Shown: positions 57,694-64,000 of the stretch, piece after piece
Layout: each line of letters begins with the position of its first letter
Position numbering within the stretch: the stretch's first letter is position 1
Assembly: GCA_052035405.1 (NCBI GenBank)
Contig: JBPOHQ010000004.1
Span: 70,687-134,686 of the forward strand
Direction: 5' to 3'
Source of the DNA: Candidatus Nomurabacteria bacterium
GTDB lineage: Bacteria; Patescibacteriota; Minisyncoccia; Phycocordibacterales; UBA9973
DNA length: 64,000 nucleotides
The notes under the pieces: model-generated
What the model saw: only the letters and a program-made list of their open reading frames with translations
Database searches by the model: none
Told to the model about the DNA's origin: nothing
Program-made: the position numbers and the translations under genes

Positions 57694-59496
57694 TTAGTTT
57701 TCTCCACTACGCATCATTTTAAGAAATACATCTTGAGGGATGTTTACTGTGCCTCTTTCTTTCATCTTTTTCTTTCCTTTTTTCTGTTTTTCCCAAAGTT
57801 TCTTCTTACGAGTAATATCTCCACCGTACAAATACCCTGTAACGTCTTTTCTGTATGCAGCTACTGTACGAGATGAAATTATTCGCCCTAAAGCTTTTCC
57901 TTGAATTTTCATCACAAAAAGCTGTCGTGGTAAAATCGTGTGTAATTTTTCTACAGTTTTTTCTGCTTCTTCTTCTGCTTTTTTACGAGAAACAACTCTT
58001 GAGAAAGCAGGAACGATTTCGTCAGCCACCAATATGTCCAATCTTGTAACGTTTGCTGCACGCATTTCTCCTAGTTCATAAGAAATAGAACCATAACCAG
58101 AAGAAACACTTTTAAGTTCATCGAAGAAATTTCGCATGAGTTCACGAAGAGGCATTTTTAAAGAAAGCTGTGAACGATTGTCTCCAAAAGTCATTGTCTC
58201 CCCCACTTCTGCTTCGTGATCAAAAAGTATTTGCATGACTCCTCCTAAGTAAGGAGACGGAACTATTATTTTTGCATCTACCCAAGGCTCTAATACTTCT
58301 GTAATATTTGCATCGTCGGGGAAAAAATACGGAGAATAGATTTTTTCTTTTTTACCATGTTTAGTAGTAACTTCATAGGTAATAGAAGGAGTTGTAATCA
58401 CTAGTTCTAGATTAAACTCTCGCTTGAGTCTTTCAGTAATGATTTCCAAATGAAGCATCCCTAAAAATCCGGCTCTAAAACCTCGTCCCAAAGAACCACT
58501 AGATTCTTCCTCAAAAGAAAAAGATGAGTCAGACAATTTTAACTTACTCAATGCCATCTTCAGCTCTAGAAAATCATCCGCATCTTCTGGGAAAATAGAT
58601 GCCCAAACAATAGGAGTAGGTTTCATGTATCCAGGTAATGGGGGCATAGGATTTTTAAGCATTGTTATAGTGTCTCCAACAGAAGCTATTCCAGGTTTTT
58701 TTATACCAGTCACAATGTATCCAGTATCCCCAGCTGCAAGGAAATCTCTCGGTGTTTCTTCTGGAGAAAATGTACCAACTTCAAGTGACATAAATTTCTC
58801 ACCAGACACAGAAAAAAGAAGTTGATCATTTTTTCTAATTTTTCCGTCTAAAATACGTACAAATACTATGACCCCTCTATGATTAGAATATTTAAAATCA
58901 AAAACTAATGCACGAAGACTATTATCTTCTTCATAAGTTTTTATAGGTGGAGGGACTCTACGAATAACTTCTTTTAAAAGTTCTTCGACTCCTTCTCCGG
59001 TACGTCCTGATACAAGCAATATCTCGTCTGGATCACAATCCAAAAGTTCTACTACTTCTTCAGTGACTTCATCTACTCTAGATAACGGTGAGTCAATTTT
59101 AGATAATACGGGAATAATCTTAAGACCTCCTTCACGAGCCATGTTAAGCGTTGTAAGTGTCTGAGCCTGAACTCCCTGAGTACTATCAACTAGTAAGATT
59201 GAACCCTCTACGGCCTTAAGAGCACGAGAAACTTCATAAGAGAAATCTATGTGCCCTGGTGTATCTATGAGGTTTAAAACGTAATTTTGACCCTCAAAAG
59301 AGTACTCCATACGCACTGGCTGCATCTTAATAGTGATACCTCTTTCCCTTTCAAGCTCCATCGAGTCCAATACCTGATCACGCATTTTACGAGTCTCGAT
59401 AGTATGTGTGATTTCAAGCATTCTATCAGCCAGGGTGCTTTTACCGTGGTCGATATGAGCTATAATTGAAAAATTTCTAATGTGTTTTAATTCCAT
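57694..59496 (-). CDS. lepA: Elongation factor 4
   Basis: IRNFSIIAHIDHGKSTLADR, GFLGMLH, YGGDITRK. Confidence 0.98.
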   Translation of the reverse strand: MELKHIRNFSIIAHIDHGKSTLADRMLEITHTIETRKMRDQVLDSMELERERGITIKMQPVRMEYSFEGQNYVLNLIDTPGHIDFSYEVSRALKAVEGSILLVDSTQGVQAQTLTTLNMAREGGLKIIPVLSKIDSPLSRVDEVTEEVVELLDCDPDEILLVSGRTGEGVEELLKEVIRRVPPPIKTYEEDNSLRALVFDFKYSNHRGVIVFVRILDGKIRKNDQLLFSVSGEKFMSLEVGTFSPEETPRDFLAAGDTGYIVTGIKKPGIASVGDTITMLKNPMPPLPGYMKPTPIVWASIFPEDADDFLELKMALSKLKLSDSSFSFEEESSGSLGRGFRAGFLGMLHLEIITERLKREFNLELVITTPSITYEVTTKHGKKEKIYSPYFFPDDANITEVLEPWVDAKIIVPSPYLGGVMQILFDHEAEVGETMTFGDNRSQLSLKMPLRELMRNFFDELKSVSSGYGSISYELGEMRAANVTRLDILVADEIVPAFSRVVSRKKAEEEAEKTVEKLHTILPRQLFVMKIQGKALGRIISSRTVAAYRKDVTGYLYGGDITRKKKLWEKQKKGKKKMKERGTVNIPQDVFLKMMRSGEN

Positions 59497-59514
59497 AATT
59501 ATATTTTATTATGA

Positions 59515-61296
59515 CTAGTCTTGTTCTTCTAAAAATCCCCCAGTCTGTCTATTCCAAAGATTCGCATAAGAACCATTTTTTTCTAATAATTCTTTATGAT
59601 TCCCTTCCTCTACTATTTTACCTTTATTAAGTACGATAATCCTATCCATTTGTTGTATTGTAGAAAGTCTATGAGCTATCACAATAGTGGTTTTGCCTTT
59701 CATTAATTCATTAAATGCGTCTTGAATATAAGCTTCACTAATACTATCAAGAGAACTAGTTGCTTCATCAAGAATCAAAATAGGTGTTGGTTTAAGCATT
59801 GCACGAGCTATAGCAACACGCTGCCTCTCGCCACCAGAAAGTTTCACACCTCTCTCTCCAACCAGAGTATCATAACCTTTACTTAAATTCACTATAAATT
59901 CATGAGCATGAGCTTTTTTTGCTGCTTCGACTATCTCTTCATCGGTTGCATCGTCTTTAGAATAAGAGATATTTTCTTTTATTGATCTGTGAAATAAAAC
60001 AGGCTCTTGAGGAACATAAGAGATCGCTCTACGTAATTCATCTTGCGTCACTTTACTTATACTCTGTCCATCAATAAATATATCTCCAGAATTTATATCG
60101 GTAAAACGTAATAATAATTTTGTAATAGTAGATTTACCACTACCAGAAAATCCAACTAATCCTATCTTTTCCCCTTTTCTAACTTCTAAATTAAAATTAT
60201 TCAATACATCTACTTCTGCTATATAACCAAAAGAAACATTTTTAAATACAATATTACCTTCTTTCATTCTTGATATTTCTGGATTTATAGGATCTTTTAC
60301 ATCTATATCCCTTTCAAAAATATCAACCATTTCTTTGGCATCAGTTAAAGCTTCCATGAAATTTGTAAGACCAGAAGAAAGGTCCCATATCCTGTCTATA
60401 ATTGCAATAAAATAGACATAAGCCATCACAAAAACACCCACACTAATCTCTCCCTTAGACCACAGATGTATCATTGTATATATGATATATACATGAAAAG
60501 TTGTCATCATAAAAGACTGCAAAGCGTTTCTTCCTAGAGCAAATTTCCATGCAGCATAAATAGAATCTTTCAAAAAAGTTGAAACATTTTTAAAATTATT
60601 AAATTCTTTATCAAAAGCAGAAAATACTTTTATATTAGAGATGTTGGTTATTGTGTCAGCTAGTGTTCCTGTCATTTTTGAATCGGCTTCTGCTCTTTTT
60701 AGGTCAATTTTTATTTTGCTTTTAACAAAAATTGCCACTAATATAGAATATATAAAACACCATATTAAAAAATAAAAAGCTAGTGTTTTTGATTGGAAAG
60801 ATAAAGCGATAACGGAACTTATGATGGTGATACTCGTTGTCCAAAAATTATGAAGAAGAACACTGCTGATTGTCTCAAATGCTTTAACTAAGCGTTTTAC
60901 TCTTGCTACGATACCACCAGTAAAAGAATTTGCATAAAAATTATGTGAATGAAGAGCTAGTTTTTGGAAAGAAAAATCATATATATCTTTTATAACTTTA
61001 CTTGTAAACCTGAAGTTAACCCATTCTAAATATCTACTCAAAGTCATCGATAGAGCAAAAGAGACAGCCATTGGTATTAAATAGGAAAAAGCAATATGAG
61101 CCCTATCTTCTACCAAGAAAGCTTCGTTCCCTAAGATATCAATTATATTTTTATATGTAAGTCCCGTAAAAATATTTAAAAAGAAAACCCTTCCTGTGGC
61201 AATAAGAAAAAGCGAAAAAAAAGCAAACTTATAAGCTTTTATGAATGACCATATATATTTAAATATTTTAGAAAATGACAACATAAAAGTACCCAT
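59515..61296 (-). CDS. ABC exporter, fused TMD-NBD
   Basis: GFSGSGKS, LSGGERQR, ILDEATS, AHRLS. Confidence 0.95.
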   Translation of the reverse strand: MGTFMLSFSKIFKYIWSFIKAYKFAFFSLFLIATGRVFFLNIFTGLTYKNIIDILGNEAFLVEDRAHIAFSYLIPMAVSFALSMTLSRYLEWVNFRFTSKVIKDIYDFSFQKLALHSHNFYANSFTGGIVARVKRLVKAFETISSVLLHNFWTTSITIISSVIALSFQSKTLAFYFLIWCFIYSILVAIFVKSKIKIDLKRAEADSKMTGTLADTITNISNIKVFSAFDKEFNNFKNVSTFLKDSIYAAWKFALGRNALQSFMMTTFHVYIIYTMIHLWSKGEISVGVFVMAYVYFIAIIDRIWDLSSGLTNFMEALTDAKEMVDIFERDIDVKDPINPEISRMKEGNIVFKNVSFGYIAEVDVLNNFNLEVRKGEKIGLVGFSGSGKSTITKLLLRFTDINSGDIFIDGQSISKVTQDELRRAISYVPQEPVLFHRSIKENISYSKDDATDEEIVEAAKKAHAHEFIVNLSKGYDTLVGERGVKLSGGERQRVAIARAMLKPTPILILDEATSSLDSISEAYIQDAFNELMKGKTTIVIAHRLSTIQQMDRIIVLNKGKIVEEGNHKELLEKNGSYANLWNRQTGGFLEEQD

Positions 61297-61338
61297 TTCT
61301 GGGCTTATTTTTACACTATATCAGAAAAGACTTAATTT

Positions 61339-63018
61339 TTAAAGCCCTTCTTCTTCTGAGATAATAATCTTTGCTTTCCAGAATTTTGTCTTTAAAGCAC
61401 GTAAGAGCACATAGAGTTGTTCATTCTTAAAGAGATAGAGGACTATACCACCCGCAATAACACCAAGGATACCAGAGATAAAACCTTCTAAAAACACTCC
61501 CCAAAAAGTACTATTACTAAAAACTCCTGAAAATGCATTTAAGCTTAAATATGAAACAAGCCCTAAGAAAAATGACGCTGCAAGACTTTGAAAGAATGCT
61601 TTTGAGATAAATACAGTGTCTTTCATAAAATCTTTTTTTATAAAAAATCCTAAGATAGTACAGTTAATGACTGTACCCACACTATATGCAAGCGGTAGCA
61701 TAAGTACCGCTGTACCAGGTATATCTGAGACCTTTAATATTGATTCTATAAAATTCTTAAATAAGGCGTACTCCTTAAAAAGAAATAAAAATAATGAAGA
61801 AAACATGATAATAGCCACAGAGGAAAGAAAGTTAACCACGAGAGGCCTCTTAGTATTACCACCAGCATAGTATGCTCTTGCAAAAAGAGCAGTTAATCCC
61901 TGAGCCACAATTGATATGGAAAAAATCGCAACTGATGCGGCGACAAGTCTTGTATTTTCCCACGAAAAAGATCCCGAACCTAGAATGACCCGGACGATTT
62001 GAGCACGAAGAACAATAAATAAAAAAGTAATGGGTAGTGACCAAAAAATAATCTGCTTTGCTCCGGCGGTTATGTAGTCTTTAAATTCTTCCAATCGTCC
62101 TGCGGAATATGACTTAGTCAGCATTGGAAACGCAGCAACTGCATATGAGAGTCCTATAATACCTAGCGGTACAGACTGAAGATTGAGAGATAAATTGAAA
62201 ATAGAAATAGAACCGCTGGTTAAATAAGAAGCAAAAGAAACAATACATATAAGTGCAATATTGTTAAAAGATAACCCAAGTGTCCTAGGTATCGACGTAA
62301 AAAATACTTGTTTTATATTCTGCCAATCTATGTGAACATTTAACTTTGGGGTAAGACCACAAGAAACGGAAGAAAAAAACTGAATCAAAAAATGCATACC
62401 CGCTCCGCCAATCACTCCTACAGCTAAACCATGTATTCCAAAAACAGGGTACAAAAATATAATTCCAGCGATAATTCCAAAATTATAAAAAACAGGACTT
62501 AAAGAATATATAAAAAACTTTTTAAAAAGTTGAGTGACCGAACCAAACAAATTAGAAAGTCCCAAGAACACAGGAGACAGGAGCATAATTCGAGAAAGTT
62601 CTACTACTCTCTGCTGCATTGCTACACTGAAGCCTGGAGCAACCCAAGGAACAATATAAGGCATAAGAACAAACACAATGATAGAGACTATCAGCATAGT
62701 TAATAGAAAGACACTAAAAACATCATTGAGAAATTTCCGTGATTCATCAGTAACCAATCCATCATTCATTCTCTGGAGAAGAAAAGGAATCAACACTGTA
62801 ATAGAAACGAGTGAAGCAATGGATATAAAAATAAGATCTGGAATTCTAAAAGCGGCATAATACGCATCAAGACTTGGCCCTGGACCAATAAAGTGAGCAA
62901 TAGCTCTGTCTCTAAACAGCCCCAAAATTTGAGATAAAAAAGCAAAGGAACCAAGCAGAAGTGCTGCTTGGTTCATGTTGCCATATTCTTTACCAAAAAT
63001 CCTGAAAATCCTTTCCAT
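61339..63018 (-). CDS. murJ: Lipid II flippase MurJ
   Basis: SQILGLFRD, AAFRIPD, RAYYA..NTKRP. Confidence 0.92.
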   Translation of the reverse strand: MERIFRIFGKEYGNMNQAALLLGSFAFLSQILGLFRDRAIAHFIGPGPSLDAYYAAFRIPDLIFISIASLVSITVLIPFLLQRMNDGLVTDESRKFLNDVFSVFLLTMLIVSIIVFVLMPYIVPWVAPGFSVAMQQRVVELSRIMLLSPVFLGLSNLFGSVTQLFKKFFIYSLSPVFYNFGIIAGIIFLYPVFGIHGLAVGVIGGAGMHFLIQFFSSVSCGLTPKLNVHIDWQNIKQVFFTSIPRTLGLSFNNIALICIVSFASYLTSGSISIFNLSLNLQSVPLGIIGLSYAVAAFPMLTKSYSAGRLEEFKDYITAGAKQIIFWSLPITFLFIVLRAQIVRVILGSGSFSWENTRLVAASVAIFSISIVAQGLTALFARAYYAGGNTKRPLVVNFLSSVAIIMFSSLFLFLFKEYALFKNFIESILKVSDIPGTAVLMLPLAYSVGTVINCTILGFFIKKDFMKDTVFISKAFFQSLAASFFLGLVSYLSLNAFSGVFSNSTFWGVFLEGFISGILGVIAGGIVLYLFKNEQLYVLLRALKTKFWKAKIIISEEEGL

Positions 63019-63026
63019 CTATTTAT

Positions 63027-64000
63027 TTAATTAGTCTTTTTATCTTCTTTTTTTTCAGTTTCAGTGATTGGTTCTGTCGTTGTACTCGGAGTTATATTGC
63101 CTCCATTACCCTTAAGTGAATTTAAGTATTGTAATACATCTTTATCCCCTGGTACTGTAGAGAGAGCTTGCTCGGCATACAGTATAGCCTCAGTATTGTT
63201 TCCCTGATTTTTTTCTAATTGAGATAAGAATATAAGACCAAGAGTGTAGTTAGGTTTTAAGGCAATAGATTCTTTTGCAAAATCTTTCGCTTCTTTTATT
63301 TTATTGTCAGCAAAGTAATTTTTTGAAATTGCTAGCTTTAATGCAGGATTTTTTGGATTTAATTTTGAAGCCTGAAGATACGCTTCGATGCTTTTAGCAT
63401 AAGCATCTTTAACTCCAAGCCCTGCTGCGGTGTTATATACAGCACCAAGCATATCATAATTTAAATAATTTTCTTTATCGTAGCTGATAGCTAAATTAGA
63501 CGCATTTACCGCTTCATCAAAGTAAGACTGTAGTAAAACTTTTTCATCCTCTGTTAAAGCAGTCTGTTTTGAAATCAATGTATTTAATTTAAAGAGATAT
63601 ATCTGGGCATAAGTTCTAAAATAGAAATCATTTTGATGTAATTGAATCGCTTTATTTATAGATGCTTCTGCTTTTTCAACTGTATCTGCAGCTAAAGCAC
63701 CTCTTAGATAAGATACTGAAGCAAAACGTTCAATGTATTTAAATGAAATTCCTGCTGAAACTATCATTAATACTACAAGCAACAATATTGAGAAGAAACT
63801 TTTTCTTGGATCTTCCAAGAAAGAAATCTCCATTACTCCATTCTCTCGAGAAGAAGCAAATATACCTATGTATATACCTAGGAAAGCGAAAGCTAGTAAA
63901 AAGAGCACAACACCTGAAGCATAAAAGAATGCAGCAACCATCAAATACAAAGCTATCAAAAAATAAAGCACTGATTCATGGTTCATTCTACCTTTAATGC
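63027..64000 (-). CDS. Membrane protein with C-terminal TPR repeats (5' end outside window; possibly O-antigen ligase-like)
   Basis: TM helices followed by TPR patterns (A..LNPKN, A..LKPNY). Confidence 0.75.
   Translation of the reverse strand, partial: IKGRMNHESVLYFLIALYLMVAAFFYASGVVLFLLAFAFLGIYIGIFASSRENGVMEISFLEDPRKSFFSILLLVVLMIVSAGISFKYIERFASVSYLRGALAADTVEKAEASINKAIQLHQNDFYFRTYAQIYLFKLNTLISKQTALTEDEKVLLQSYFDEAVNASNLAISYDKENYLNYDMLGAVYNTAAGLGVKDAYAKSIEAYLQASKLNPKNPALKLAISKNYFADNKIKEAKDFAKESIALKPNYTLGLIFLSQLEKNQGNNTEAILYAEQALSTVPGDKDVLQYLNSLKGNGGNITPSTTTEPITETEKKEDKKTN

Overview
AT-rich chromosomal window of a Patescibacteria (CPR) bacterium, probably Parcubacteria/Nomurabacteria-like. This is inferred from the streamlined housekeeping genes, truncated ValS/PK/GlmU, type IV pilin, DUF5667 anti-sigma and widespread leaderless promoters; it uses the standard code. 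It holds the start of the atp operon, translation genes (prfA, rpmE, rplY, gatB, obgE, lysS, greA, rpsU, valS, lepA), a reduced dcw cluster, ftsA/ftsZ, a glycerate-to-pyruvate operon and six tRNAs. The most striking signal is an integrase-less, tRNA-Glu-anchored cassette system. Three cargo units (a HEPN protein; a DUF5343 plus PLD-like nuclease pair; an EgtD-like methyltransferase) each sit between a left motif TCACC-N10-GCACGAG and a conserved ~93-bp right element that ends in a tRNA-3'-end mimic, which serves as the site for the next unit. A second, related signal is a family of multi-hairpin elements with shared GACG/AGYA loops; two copies interrupt the CCA end of tRNA genes. Other highlights: a Bacteroidota T9SS-tail protein, a Fur/Zur module with twin operators, boxA-like motifs in ORFan leaders, and a minimal pyruvate kinase. 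All calls are by eye; no searches were run.
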